From a virus: a stretch of DNA of 64,000 nt. Position 1 is the first letter of the stretch, and each line of letters opens with the position of its first letter. A program made the position numbers and the translations under genes. Positions 33,415 through 43,396 of the stretch are shown piece after piece. The notes under the pieces were generated by a model. That model saw only the letters and a list, made by a program, of their open reading frames with translations. It was not told the origin of the DNA and made no database searches. The stretch spans positions 5,850-69,849 of IMG/VR virus record IMGVR_UViG_3300037321_000063, one strand, 5' to 3'.

Positions 33415-33676
33415 TTTAAAATTAGTAGTTAATGAGGAAGATGAACTTGACGAAAAAATCGTTAAGAAAGTCAATCCAGATGGGTCTATTAAAAAAGTAT
33501 TAGATAAAAAAACGCGCACTCGAAAGGCAACACAGACCACCGGATTATCAAAATCCAAAAGGCGTTTGATTGCTAAGAAAGCCGCAAAAACCAAGAAGAA
33601 AGATCTTGGCGGTCAGAAAAAGGCGCTTCGTAAGCGTAAAAAGACCAACAAGAAACGTAAGAATTTAGGTCTTTAA
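33407..33676 (+). CDS. gp68: prohead core protein gp68
   Basis: DKKTRTRKATQTTGLSKSKRR.IA motif and basic tail. Confidence 0.88.
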   Translation: MTDLKLVVNEEDELDEKIVKKVNPDGSIKKVLDKKTRTRKATQTTGLSKSKRRLIAKKAAKTKKKDLGGQKKALRKRKKTNKKRKNLGL

Positions 33677-33687
33677 AGGGAATAATA

Positions 33688-34272
33688 ATGAAATCGTATC
33701 GAGAATTTTTAGATGAACGACACGAACTAAAAACTGTAGGCGCTCAACTGTCAGAAACAGAATTGCGTCTACATACTCTTATATATCTATCTACATTGGA
33801 AGATATGATCACGGAAAGTGAAGAGTACTTAGCCGAAGGATTAAATGATTACTTAGGTAAGATTGGGTTAAAGGTTCACAAAGCTAAGGGTTTAATTGAC
33901 TACGCTAAAGATATACTGGTTGGTACTGGTAAGTTATTCCTGTTAATAATTAAAGGTGATACTGATGCCGCTAAGGAACTTTTAAAAACTGTTAAAAAAG
34001 AAGATGTTTTAGATTTTCTGTATAAACTTGACCTAGCTACATTACACTTATTCACCGGACCAATTCACTTTATCGATGCGGTTACTGGATGGGATTTAAC
34101 AGTTAAAACTAAGCAAGCCGTTAAGACTTCTACGGACCTAATTAAAGATTTAGTGGCTTCATTAATTAAAATTAAAGAACATGTAAGTGTTGCTTTATCT
34201 GGTAAAAAACAAAAACGCGCGGTAGCTAGTATAAATGCACTAGAAGCCTCAATAATGCCGAAGGGAATATAA
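33688..34272 (+). CDS. putative internal head protein (CTS-like MKSYREFLDE)
   Basis: CTS-like N-terminus; internal ITE and LAE gp21-type sites; inserted between gp68 and gp21. Confidence 0.65.
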   Translation: MKSYREFLDERHELKTVGAQLSETELRLHTLIYLSTLEDMITESEEYLAEGLNDYLGKIGLKVHKAKGLIDYAKDILVGTGKLFLLIIKGDTDAAKELLKTVKKEDVLDFLYKLDLATLHLFTGPIHFIDAVTGWDLTVKTKQAVKTSTDLIKDLVASLIKIKEHVSVALSGKKQKRAVASINALEASIMPKGI

Positions 34273-34274
34273 GT

Positions 34275-35090
34275 ATGTCATTTATAGTAGAAAGTCAAGT
34301 TGAAATGTTTGAAGTTAAAACTAAGGGTAATGAACTGTACATCGAAGGTGTTTGTATGGTTGCAGACGTTATCAATAAAAATAAGCGTCTTTATCCTAAG
34401 AGCGTAATGGAAGCCGCCGTAGCCAAATATAATTCTTCTCATGTAATGGAAATGAAAGCGTTGGGTGAATTGAATCATCCAGCTAGACCAAATCCAGATC
34501 CAGCCGAAGCTAGTCATATAATCGTTGAAATGAAAATGGTTGGCGAAAAGGTTTATGCTAAGGCTAAAGTACTAAATACCCCAAGAGGTCAAATTCTTAG
34601 AGGTTTGGTTGAAGGTGGCTGGCGCGTTCAGACAAGTTCAAGAGGACTTGGTAATCTACAGGAAAAAACCTTGAATGGTCAAAAGTTCAATGAGGTAACT
34701 GACTTTAATATTACCGTTGGGTTTGATGTTGTTCAGGATCAGTCAGCGCCGGGCGCGACAATGACAGGCGTATACGAATCAATCGGAAATGACTACGTAA
34801 ACATTCAAGAAGTCGGCGAACAAAATGCCGATGAATGGAATAACATATTCAATAAAATGGAAACGTTAACTGAAGCTAAGACAATTAATATGGTAGCCGA
34901 ATTGCAGAAGATTAATAACCACTTAAGCAAAGCCGCTGATATGGCTGATAAGCTTTATACTAAAGTTATGCGGTTAGATAGCGGTGACGATAAAATGGAA
35001 AGAGTCGCAAAGAATTACAAAGTAGATCTCAATAAGTGGGCTGATATGGCAAGTAGAATAGCACGAACATTTGAAAAGGAAAACCGATGA
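34275..35090 (+). CDS. gp21: prohead protease gp21 with C-terminal helical extension
   Basis: LYIEG, NKNKRLYPK, ALGELNHP, SSRGLG, DVV..SAPGA motifs. Confidence 0.93.
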   Translation: MSFIVESQVEMFEVKTKGNELYIEGVCMVADVINKNKRLYPKSVMEAAVAKYNSSHVMEMKALGELNHPARPNPDPAEASHIIVEMKMVGEKVYAKAKVLNTPRGQILRGLVEGGWRVQTSSRGLGNLQEKTLNGQKFNEVTDFNITVGFDVVQDQSAPGATMTGVYESIGNDYVNIQEVGEQNADEWNNIFNKMETLTEAKTINMVAELQKINNHLSKAADMADKLYTKVMRLDSGDDKMERVAKNYKVDLNKWADMASRIARTFEKENR

Positions 35091-35440
35091 TATCATTCAA
35101 AGAATACTTAATACAAGAATCTAGTATACCAATGCACAAAAAGTACGTTGCTTTACTAGATGCCGTCAGACAAGGTAAATCGAAAAATGGTAGTATTCAA
35201 CTACCTAATGGTTTTTCAGTCAAGGTTGTATCTACACCGTATGCCGAAAATGGTAATAAGTTTGGTGCTGAAAGCTATCTATACAAAGGTTCTTCTAAAA
35301 TATCCAGTATCTATTATGAATACGAAATGGGTGATTACTTTGGGCTATCTGATGTTAGAAATAATGATGAATACGGTTATTTAAATACGTTTGATTATAT
35401 AGATGATCTAGCTAACAAGATTAAAAAGGGTAAAAGGTGA
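35087..35440 (+). CDS. putative internal head protein (CTS-like MISFKEYLIQE), paralog of 50378 gene
   Basis: CTS-like start; lies between gp21 and gp22. Confidence 0.7.
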   Translation: MISFKEYLIQESSIPMHKKYVALLDAVRQGKSKNGSIQLPNGFSVKVVSTPYAENGNKFGAESYLYKGSSKISSIYYEYEMGDYFGLSDVRNNDEYGYLNTFDYIDDLANKIKKGKR

Positions 35441-35661
35441 AATCATATAAAGAATTTTTATTGGGGAAGAATTTAGTTAATGAATCTATCCCTAGAGGAA
35501 TGGATAAGGATATCTACGATTTTGTCGTTAAAGCAGATAAAAATCAATTACTTAAAATTAAAAAAGCATTATCTAGTGAAATTAATAACGGTACATTAAC
35601 GGATAATAAGTATAAAGCAGAATTACGATTAGTCAATAGCAGACTAGCAGATATTAAATAA
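35437..35661 (+). CDS. putative internal head protein (CTS-like MKSYKEFL..VNE)
   Basis: CTS-like start, GTG initiation overlapping the previous stop. Confidence 0.65.
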   Translation: MKSYKEFLLGKNLVNESIPRGMDKDIYDFVVKADKNQLLKIKKALSSEINNGTLTDNKYKAELRLVNSRLADIK

Positions 35662-35718
35662 CTATAACATTATTTTATACTTATATAACATTATTTTGAA
35701 ATGTAGTGACATTTGGAA

Positions 35719-35726
35719 TATAAATA
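35719..35726 (+). promoter_or_regulatory. late promoter TATAAATA for gp22-gp23
   Basis: Exact consensus; preceded by the direct repeat TATAACATTATTTT twice (35663-35697). Confidence 0.85.
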
Positions 35727-35754
35727 TAAGTGTAGAACGAAATTGGAGAGTCTA

Positions 35755-36585
35755 ATGAGCGATTTAAAAAAGGAACTTACTGAAAGATATAATCTATTGG
35801 TTTCAGAAAGTTCAGATCAAATTTCAGAAGAAGTTTCCACCTTATTCGAAGGAACATCTATAACTGAAACGAATCAGAAGAAATTTCTACATATTATCGA
35901 AGCATCCGTTGCATCTAAAGCATTATCTATTGCCGAAGATTCAATTAATGAACTGAATGACAATGTAGAAGAATATGCTGAGTACGTTAAAGAATCTTTA
36001 GAAGTTAAAGCCAACGATTACGGTGAATATATTAAAGAAATTTTTAGTAATAATATTAATTCATATTTAGAATATGTTGCAGACGAATATATTAAAGAAA
36101 ATAAATTAGCGGTAACTAATGGATTAAAAGCAGAAATGTTCGAATCATTAGTTATGTCAATGAAAGAAATATTTGTTGAAAACCACATTGTCGTACCAGA
36201 AGATGGTGTTGACATTGTTGCTGAGTTACAAGAAGAAGTTAATGAGCGTGATGTGTTGAACGATAAATTGTTGAACGAAAACGTATCATTAAAATCTGAA
36301 ATGACTTCATTCAACAAAAATAAAGAAATTTCTGAAGCGTGTTTGGATTTAGCAGACACACAGAAAGAAAAAGTTTTAGATTTGTCTGAATCTCTGGAAT
36401 ACAACGATGAATTTGCTAGTAAGCTTAAAAATATCGTTGAGTTTGCATCTAAAAAGAATACCCCAAGGGTAGACGTTTCAGGACAAACGATTAACAAAAC
36501 CAATATTACTGAAAATGTGAAAGACGTAGCAAACGTAAGTGACATCAAAATGAATGCCTATCTAAAATCGGCTTCAGGTAATTAA
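35755..36585 (+). CDS. gp22: prohead scaffolding protein gp22
   Basis: ENKLAV..GLKAEMFES, FVENHIVVPE..VDIVAEL motifs; ATG at 35755 with GGAG RBS. Confidence 0.93.
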   Translation: MSDLKKELTERYNLLVSESSDQISEEVSTLFEGTSITETNQKKFLHIIEASVASKALSIAEDSINELNDNVEEYAEYVKESLEVKANDYGEYIKEIFSNNINSYLEYVADEYIKENKLAVTNGLKAEMFESLVMSMKEIFVENHIVVPEDGVDIVAELQEEVNERDVLNDKLLNENVSLKSEMTSFNKNKEISEACLDLADTQKEKVLDLSESLEYNDEFASKLKNIVEFASKKNTPRVDVSGQTINKTNITENVKDVANVSDIKMNAYLKSASGN

Positions 36586-36605
36586 ACTTTTAAAGGAAAA
36601 ATAAC

Positions 36606-38240
36606 ATGAGTGTACAATCAAGAAAAGTTCTGGCTAACAAATGGAAGCCACTCTTAGAAGCTGAAACTCTACCTGAAATTGTTTCTTCTGGTAGAAAAGA
36701 AATTACTGCTGTAATTTTAGAAAACCAAGAACGAGACCTAGAGCAAACTGGCTATATGTCTATTGCCGATGCGCCGCGCGTATTAGGTGAAGCTATGGTT
36801 CAAGGTAGCTATACAAGTGCAGATGGTGGATCTGACAATGATATTGCCGCTGGTATTGCCGCTGGTACTACCGATGCTGGTATAGTTGGTGTCGGTCCAG
36901 CAATTATGGGTATGGTTCGTAGAGCAATCCCTAAGTTAATGGCATTTGATACCGTTGGTGTTCAGCCAATGACCGGACCTACTGGTCAAATCTTTGCAAT
37001 GCGTACAATTTACGGTTCTGATCCGACAAATGGTTCGGAAGCTTTCGCACCGGGTGTTGCACCAAACGTACATTGGTCTGGTAGCCCTAGCAAGTCAGGT
37101 GCAAGCACACAAGCATTAATTGCAAGTTTGCCTGTATTGACAGATGCTGGTTTAGCTGGCGCAACTGCTCTAACTCAAGGCGATTTTTATAAAGTCTTGT
37201 TCAGTGAAATTACTGGTTCTGCCGCTATCGGTATAATTGGTACTGATTCAGATGGTGCTGGTGCTGGTGACGATGGTGAATACTACGTATTCCAAGCTAC
37301 TTTAAGTGCCGTTGGTGGTACTTATGATACAGTAGAACTCGCTTTAGCGGCGGGTGCATTGTATAAAGCGGGTACAGGTATTTTAACCTCAGTCGCTGAA
37401 GCTATGGAAGCGTTTAACGGTACTACAGGAAATCCATTTAACGAAATGACTTTCCGTATCGACAAGCAGACTATCGAAGCTAAATCTCGTCAGTTGAAAG
37501 CTCAATACTCTATTGAACTTGCACAGGACTTGAAAGCTGTACATGGTTTGGATGCTGATGCCGAATTATCTGCTATTCTTTCTAACGAAATCTTAGTAGA
37601 AATCGACCGTGAAATCATAAACTTCATCTTGGTTCAATCACAAGTAGGTGCTTCGGGTAAAACTGGCGGTACAACTACTACTGGTGTATTCGACCTAACA
37701 GATGCGAATGATATCAAAGGCGCTCGTTGGGCTGGCGAAACATATAAAATGTTGCTAGTACAAATCGAAAAAGAAGCTAACGAAATCGGTCGTCAAACTG
37801 GTCGCGGTGCTGGTAACTTCATCATTGCTACACGCAATGTTGTTTCTGCACTTGCAATGGTTGACACTGGAATTACCTACGGCGCTCAAGGTTTGCAATC
37901 TGCAAGCATGAACACTGACACTAACACTTCGGTATTTGCCGGTGTATTAGGTGGTAAGTTCAAGGTCTATATTGACCAGTATGCTGAAAACGATTACTTC
38001 GTTGTTGGTTTTAAAGGCGCAACTGAAATGGATGCTGGTGTTTTCTATAGCCCATACATTCCTCTTACACCTTTGCGCGGCGCAGATGCGAAAAACATGC
38101 AACCTGTAATGGCATTCAAGACACGTTACGGTACTCAAGTTAATCCGTTTGTCGCAATGACCAACAAGCAAATCATGTCCGGAATGAGAGGAATTGGTGC
38201 AAATCAGTATTTCCGTAAAGTCGAAGTAACTGGTCTGTAA
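36606..38240 (+). CDS. gp23: major capsid protein gp23
   Basis: ILENQE, MVRRAIP, GVQPMTGPTG, AKSRQLKAQYSIELAQDL, FKTRYG motifs. Confidence 0.98.
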   Translation: MSVQSRKVLANKWKPLLEAETLPEIVSSGRKEITAVILENQERDLEQTGYMSIADAPRVLGEAMVQGSYTSADGGSDNDIAAGIAAGTTDAGIVGVGPAIMGMVRRAIPKLMAFDTVGVQPMTGPTGQIFAMRTIYGSDPTNGSEAFAPGVAPNVHWSGSPSKSGASTQALIASLPVLTDAGLAGATALTQGDFYKVLFSEITGSAAIGIIGTDSDGAGAGDDGEYYVFQATLSAVGGTYDTVELALAAGALYKAGTGILTSVAEAMEAFNGTTGNPFNEMTFRIDKQTIEAKSRQLKAQYSIELAQDLKAVHGLDADAELSAILSNEILVEIDREIINFILVQSQVGASGKTGGTTTTGVFDLTDANDIKGARWAGETYKMLLVQIEKEANEIGRQTGRGAGNFIIATRNVVSALAMVDTGITYGAQGLQSASMNTDTNTSVFAGVLGGKFKVYIDQYAENDYFVVGFKGATEMDAGVFYSPYIPLTPLRGADAKNMQPVMAFKTRYGTQVNPFVAMTNKQIMSGMRGIGANQYFRKVEVTGL

Positions 38241-38278
38241 GACTCTTAGTAACTGAATGTTCCCAACAAGGAACTGAC

Positions 38279-38307
38279 AAAAAGCCGACTATTTAGTCGG
38301 CTTTTTT
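38279..38307. terminator. bidirectional intrinsic terminator after gp23
   Basis: AAAAAGCCGACTA-tt-TAGTCGGCTTTTTT. Confidence 0.9.
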
Positions 38308-40008
38308 AATTCTTTCGTATACATATTTTATATTTCCACAATCCCATATTCGTCTATATCCATTCATATACATATTTTCGTATTCGGTTAATTCTGGATT
38401 GAATACATCCAATAACTTACTTAACTTATGTTTTTGGAATTGCACTCTATTATTCAATACCAATGACCTCTTACCGTCCCAATAATAATATGATGGTTTG
38501 GTTACACTATCTAACAAGAATCCATTAGAATTGTATACGTTTCCCATAGATAATCGTCTATTCGCATAACTTATGATTTTATCATAACTAGAATGTTTTA
38601 ATAGTTTACTAAACCCACCAACAACAACATATCCACTTTTGGTACAAGATCTAAGCAATTCAATTCCCTCTGTGTATCTAGCAATTCCGAAAGTCATTAA
38701 GCTCACCAATTCACCATTATACATTAGACCAATTTTACTAGATGCATTAACATTACCCTGTATATGATTTTCTATACAAAACATCTTAGAATCCTTTGAG
38801 GAAACAACCACAAATTTACATTTTCTAGCATATATGCGTTTAGATAATCCTAATTTATTTCGAATCATCGACTTCCATATTTCTCGTTTGTTTGGTTCTT
38901 CCCACTCATTTTCGAATATATGAAATAGCTGTATACCTTGACCTTCACACATGTTTGTTTTTAATAAGTGTTGTTTAGACCACTTACTATCGTCTTCAAC
39001 ACAACCGCTTGAATGCCAATATAAGCCATTAAATTCTATAGCTAGGTTATGCGAAGGAATGTAAAAATCAAGCTCGTATGGATTAATTACTTTGCGCGTA
39101 GTTTCGAATTTTACACCAAGATCACTTAAAAAATCTGAAATTTCTTGCTCTTGTCTACTACGGTATAATAATTTATCTGGTGGTGAGTATATACCATAAG
39201 ATATAGACAAATAGTTTATGACGTTATCAGGTAATTCATTGTTGGGGTATTGCTCTAAAAATACACATTTATCTAAAAGTGTTTTATCAATTGTATATTT
39301 TGTAACATAAGTCGATTTGACAACGGATAACCTATAATTTTCAATACTACCGTATTTATCAATTTTGGTAGATTTAGACTTTTTGTGATGTTCCTCATTC
39401 CAATAGCTACCGTATTTTTCCTTTCTAGTGGATTTAATCTTATCTTGAATATGTGAAATCGTGCCTATATTTTCTGTACCATATCTACAAAAAGTTGTAG
39501 ATTTAATCTTATCGCTGTTCCTACTAGTACCATACTTATCAATGCCAGTATTATTTCTAATAGATTGCTGATTTGAGTTTAACGACCTACATTTAGACGA
39601 ACAGAATATATTTCCAAATTTAATAGCAATTCCACATTCTTCACAAGTAGGAAAAACACAACCGTTGTTAATAATCCTTACTCTATCAGTTAACGAATAA
39701 TCATACTCCACTCCACCTTTGAAAAAAGTCGATGGTAATTCTTTTGTTAGATTTAGTATTTCATCAACTAAGTGTATATTATTAGATAATATTATTTTAA
39801 TATTTGGATTTATTTTACCATTACTGAGAATTAAATCCTCAATAGATAAGATTACATCGTCTAGTTCTATAAATGAGTAATTTGTATATTTTTGGGAATC
39901 TAATTTTCGCTTAACAACTTTAATACCTTCACCAATAGCGGTAGACGCTTTTGATATTGATTTATATATAACCCCATAGATAGATACAGGTCTTTGTTTA
40001 TTACTCAT
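38293..40008 (-). CDS. free-standing homing endonuclease (Hef-like, PD-(D/E)XK-type)
   Basis: N-terminal VIYKSISKAS DNA-binding motif, CxxC...FCSSKC, KYG repeats, YELDFYIPSHNLAIEFNGLYWHS, C-terminal RIYARKC...GGFSKL...RIWDCG. Confidence 0.8.
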   Translation of the reverse strand: MSNKQRPVSIYGVIYKSISKASTAIGEGIKVVKRKLDSQKYTNYSFIELDDVILSIEDLILSNGKINPNIKIILSNNIHLVDEILNLTKELPSTFFKGGVEYDYSLTDRVRIINNGCVFPTCEECGIAIKFGNIFCSSKCRSLNSNQQSIRNNTGIDKYGTSRNSDKIKSTTFCRYGTENIGTISHIQDKIKSTRKEKYGSYWNEEHHKKSKSTKIDKYGSIENYRLSVVKSTYVTKYTIDKTLLDKCVFLEQYPNNELPDNVINYLSISYGIYSPPDKLLYRSRQEQEISDFLSDLGVKFETTRKVINPYELDFYIPSHNLAIEFNGLYWHSSGCVEDDSKWSKQHLLKTNMCEGQGIQLFHIFENEWEEPNKREIWKSMIRNKLGLSKRIYARKCKFVVVSSKDSKMFCIENHIQGNVNASSKIGLMYNGELVSLMTFGIARYTEGIELLRSCTKSGYVVVGGFSKLLKHSSYDKIISYANRRLSMGNVYNSNGFLLDSVTKPSYYYWDGKRSLVLNNRVQFQKHKLSKLLDVFNPELTEYENMYMNGYRRIWDCGNIKYVYERIKKAD

Positions 40009-40027
40009 ATAAATAATTTTACCTTAA

Positions 40028-40056
40028 TAAAAAGCCGCTAAATTAGCGGCTTTTTT
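40028..40056. terminator. bidirectional intrinsic terminator
   Basis: AAAAAGCCGCTAA-a-TTAGCGGCTTTTT. Confidence 0.88.
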
Positions 40057-40058
40057 GT

Positions 40059-40334
40059 TTACTTGTTATAATCAAATACGTACTTTGGGTTACTTACATC
40101 AATGAAGTCACCATAACTAGCAAGACCTAACATTTCACTAGTATATTGTCTAAAGCAAACGGCTTCAACAATTCGGTAATCATCTTCTAACAATCGGTAT
40201 TGTGGTAATTCATTCTCTTTTTCATATCCGATATCCATATCTCGACTATGTTCATAGATTACAATCTTACCACCAACAAATTCATAGGCTAATGTCCATA
40301 CACTATCTAATAAACGGCGTGTCGCGTATTTCAT
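40059..40334 (-). CDS. hypothetical early protein
   Basis: ORF downstream of the early promoter at 40361-40398. Confidence 0.65.
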   Translation of the reverse strand: MKYATRRLLDSVWTLAYEFVGGKIVIYEHSRDMDIGYEKENELPQYRLLEDDYRIVEAVCFRQYTSEMLGLASYGDFIDVSNPKYVFDYNK

Positions 40335-40360
40335 AATTTAAATCTCACTGTTTTACTGAA

Positions 40361-40398
40361 TAAGTACCTATAATGCCAGATTAAATGGGGATAGTCAA
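40361..40398 (-). promoter_or_regulatory. early promoter with AGGTAC motif
   Basis: TTGACT-17-CATTAT-AGGTACTTA. Confidence 0.6.
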
Positions 40399-40405
40399 GG
40401 TTTAT

Positions 40406-41380
40406 TTATTCTCTATTACCCCTTTTATCAAAGATAATCCACCAGCTATTCCAGTTACTTCTAACCATTAGGTATCCTTGGTCCTCCCAAAGTTTTTCCA
40501 ATGTGGCGGCGAATTGTAAATGTAGCGGCGCAACATTTGCGTTAATACATTCATCAACTAAATCCTTTATACCATACTTATATAGAAGATCGCAAATTTC
40601 TTTATCTAGTCGAGTTATTCTTCGTTGGTCTTTTCCATTAGTACCAAACATATATTTTCTGATATCAATAAGCTTAATAGACTGTCGAGTTTCGTTTAAT
40701 ATTACCACATTTGATAATCGTTTCGCTAGTAAATTTACATCTTCATTTTCATCTTCGGGATGATCATCTTCATTTTCGACATTGGTATCAGATCGTTCAT
40801 CTTCGGGATGATCATCTTCAAATTCAACATTGGTATCAGATTCTTTAACCGTTGGTAGATTCTTCAAGTCCTCTTCGGTCAAACTTCGCAGATAATCAAA
40901 TTCATTATCTTCTACTTCTTCATCATCTTCACCTAACAAGTTTCCAATAATCTCTTCTGGTACACCCATAGATGAATATATTTCATTTTTAGTTTTCTCA
41001 ATAACTTCCACTACTGGCTCATATTCATCATCGAGAACTTCCAATGTGGGTGTATTTGGCGAAACCATAGTAACTTCATCGGAATTATAGTATATGTCTA
41101 CATCGGTTGGGTATTCTAAACAAATCAATTTGATGATTTTTTCATTCAACATACGCTTATCAACTTTTACACCCAATGATTTACCAAGTGTGACAAGTTC
41201 GTCTTTATCCATATTACTCAAATTTTCACCATCAAGAGAGTATGAAATGTCTTCATATTCACTTAAAATAATCGCATCAATCAACGATGATTCTTTCATT
41301 CTAGCATTAACTTTAAGACCTAGTGATTTTCCTAATTCTATCAAGTCTGCTTTGTTCATTTCATTTAATTTAATTTTCAT
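40406..41380 (-). CDS. inh: inhibitor of prohead protease Inh-like
   Basis: Divergent from uvsW as in T4; two N-terminal K..LIELGKSLG.KV..RM repeats, acidic middle, C-terminal G.L.VR...NS. Confidence 0.6.
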   Translation of the reverse strand: MKIKLNEMNKADLIELGKSLGLKVNARMKESSLIDAIILSEYEDISYSLDGENLSNMDKDELVTLGKSLGVKVDKRMLNEKIIKLICLEYPTDVDIYYNSDEVTMVSPNTPTLEVLDDEYEPVVEVIEKTKNEIYSSMGVPEEIIGNLLGEDDEEVEDNEFDYLRSLTEEDLKNLPTVKESDTNVEFEDDHPEDERSDTNVENEDDHPEDENEDVNLLAKRLSNVVILNETRQSIKLIDIRKYMFGTNGKDQRRITRLDKEICDLLYKYGIKDLVDECINANVAPLHLQFAATLEKLWEDQGYLMVRSNWNSWWIIFDKRGNRE

Positions 41381-41400
41381 TTTTAATCCTAAATTGGTTG

Positions 41401-41408
41401 TATAAATA
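41401..41408 (+). promoter_or_regulatory. late promoter TATAAATA for uvsW
   Basis: Exact consensus upstream of uvsW. Confidence 0.75.
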
Positions 41409-41435
41409 TTTATATATGATAATATTGAGTAACTT

Positions 41436-42917
41436 ATGAATAATGTAACTGTAACTAAAATAAACGATGTATGGCTAAGTGTTGACGCAAGTATTTCAAT
41501 AAAAATGGAACTAAGCGACTACTTTGCATTTTACGTTGATAACTATAAATTTAATCCTAAATTCAAACAAAGAATATGGGACGGTAAAATACGCCTATAT
41601 CAATCATACACACGTTTATTGCCTATTGGATTATATTCACACCTTTTAACATTTTGTGAGCAGTACGGCTATTCAGTGAACAATATAGACGACTTTAAGA
41701 CAGAAGACAAGCATTTTGATGAATGGGTCGATAAATTACCACTAACTACCGGCGGTAATAAAATTAAACCAAGAGGTTATCAACTAGAATGTGTTAAAAA
41801 AATGTTGTTTGATAAAGCTACTGGTTTAATGGAATGTCCAACTAGCTCTGGTAAATCATTAATGCAATACATTACCGCTAGATATGCATTAGAAAACTAT
41901 GATCGTAAAGTGTTAATCACTGTTCCAACTACGGCATTGGTTTTACAGATGCAAAGTGATTTAATCGATTACTCTTCAACTGATGATAATTTTTCTTCTA
42001 AAGATATTCATATTATTATGTCCGGTAAAGAGAAAGATTCGGGTGATGTTAGAGTTGTAATATCAACATGGCAATCTATTGGCAAAATGCCCAAAGAGTG
42101 GTTTGATCAGTTTTCTTGTTACATGGCAGATGAAGCTCATTTGGCTACGGCTAAAAATCTAACAAATATTATTCAAAACCTAACAGATTGTCCAATTAAA
42201 TGTGGATTATCTGGAACTTTTAAAGAATCTAAATCCCATTTATTGGCGCTGATCGGTCACTTCGGAAATGTATTTAAACCAGTGACCACAAGAGAACTCA
42301 TAGACGCTGGTACGGTGTCCAATTTAAAAATCAAGGCGCTGATAATACAATATCCTTTAGATGTCTTAAAAGAGCGTAAGGGCTTGCCATATCAATCAGA
42401 AGTAGCGGCGATCACCGGTGATGTTAAGAGAAATGTAAAACTTTGCAAATTAGCGCATGGAATAGCCAAGCAAGGTAAAAATGTAGTGCTTATGTATAAG
42501 CATATAAAGCATGGTAAGGAACTTAAGTTAATATGTGATAAATTGCACGATAAAGTTCATATAGTCAATGGTGGAACTGATGTGAACGAGCGTGACGCAC
42601 TTAGAGCTATAGCTGAAGAAGAGGGTGGTTTAATTATTATTGCGTCCATCGGCGTATTCTCCACTGGTATAAGTATAAAGAGGTTGCATGTTATTATAAT
42701 GACGCATCCACTGAAGTCTAAAATTATCATTTTACAGACAATTGGTAGAATATTGCGCAAACATGACTCTAAAGCACAGGCAACATTTATCGATATTGTT
42801 GATGAATTGAAATGGGGCAAAAAAACTAAGTCCTATAGTTTAAAACATGCAGTTGAGCGTATTAAGCTTTATAATAGCCAACAATTCGATTACACAATTA
42901 ATAGGATAGCATTATGA
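41436..42917 (+). CDS. uvsW: UvsW SF2 helicase
   Basis: WDGKIRL, PTSSGKSL, DEAH, GLSGT, FSTGISIK, QTIGR motifs. Confidence 0.96.
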   Translation: MNNVTVTKINDVWLSVDASISIKMELSDYFAFYVDNYKFNPKFKQRIWDGKIRLYQSYTRLLPIGLYSHLLTFCEQYGYSVNNIDDFKTEDKHFDEWVDKLPLTTGGNKIKPRGYQLECVKKMLFDKATGLMECPTSSGKSLMQYITARYALENYDRKVLITVPTTALVLQMQSDLIDYSSTDDNFSSKDIHIIMSGKEKDSGDVRVVISTWQSIGKMPKEWFDQFSCYMADEAHLATAKNLTNIIQNLTDCPIKCGLSGTFKESKSHLLALIGHFGNVFKPVTTRELIDAGTVSNLKIKALIIQYPLDVLKERKGLPYQSEVAAITGDVKRNVKLCKLAHGIAKQGKNVVLMYKHIKHGKELKLICDKLHDKVHIVNGGTDVNERDALRAIAEEEGGLIIIASIGVFSTGISIKRLHVIIMTHPLKSKIIILQTIGRILRKHDSKAQATFIDIVDELKWGKKTKSYSLKHAVERIKLYNSQQFDYTINRIAL

Positions 42918-43105
42918 GCGATTTAACTACAAAATTAGAATTATTAATGAAGGATTTGAACGAAGATATTCAGATATGTAAGGTTTGTAAGAATAAATGC
43001 AATTCTAGCTCGAATTACAGAGGTAAGGACGGTGCTACTTTATGTTGCCATGAATGCAGAGTCGCACATGACAACATGGATAAACCAAAGTTACTTATCG
43101 AATGA
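42914..43105 (+). CDS. small Cys-rich (zinc-finger-like) protein
   Basis: CKVC...CCHEC; ATGA overlap with uvsW. Confidence 0.6.
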   Translation: MSDLTTKLELLMKDLNEDIQICKVCKNKCNSSSNYRGKDGATLCCHECRVAHDNMDKPKLLIE

Positions 43106-43324
43106 TTCGTCTACATATTTGGCTTTAATTACTCGAAGTTCTTCTTGATAATCCTGATAGATGCTTGAAATATCTTCTGATATTTTACCAGACTTTATTA
43201 GCTTATCAATTTGTTCTTCTGTGGCGAAGTAAAGGCAACTATACTCACCGTTATTTAAATCGGCAACTATCGCTTTTTGTGTAACTTTTTTTTCATTTTC
43301 AACTAACGTTTCAACATAACCCAT
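43091..43324 (-). CDS. hypothetical protein
   Basis: ORF with GAGG RBS. Confidence 0.65.
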   Translation of the reverse strand: MGYVETLVENEKKVTQKAIVADLNNGEYSCLYFATEEQIDKLIKSGKISEDISSIYQDYQEELRVIKAKYVDESFDK

Positions 43325-43396
43325 AATACATACCTCAAATAATTAAAAAGAATTTTCTCAAACAACACAGACATAATATCATGTTGTTTGAGGAAG

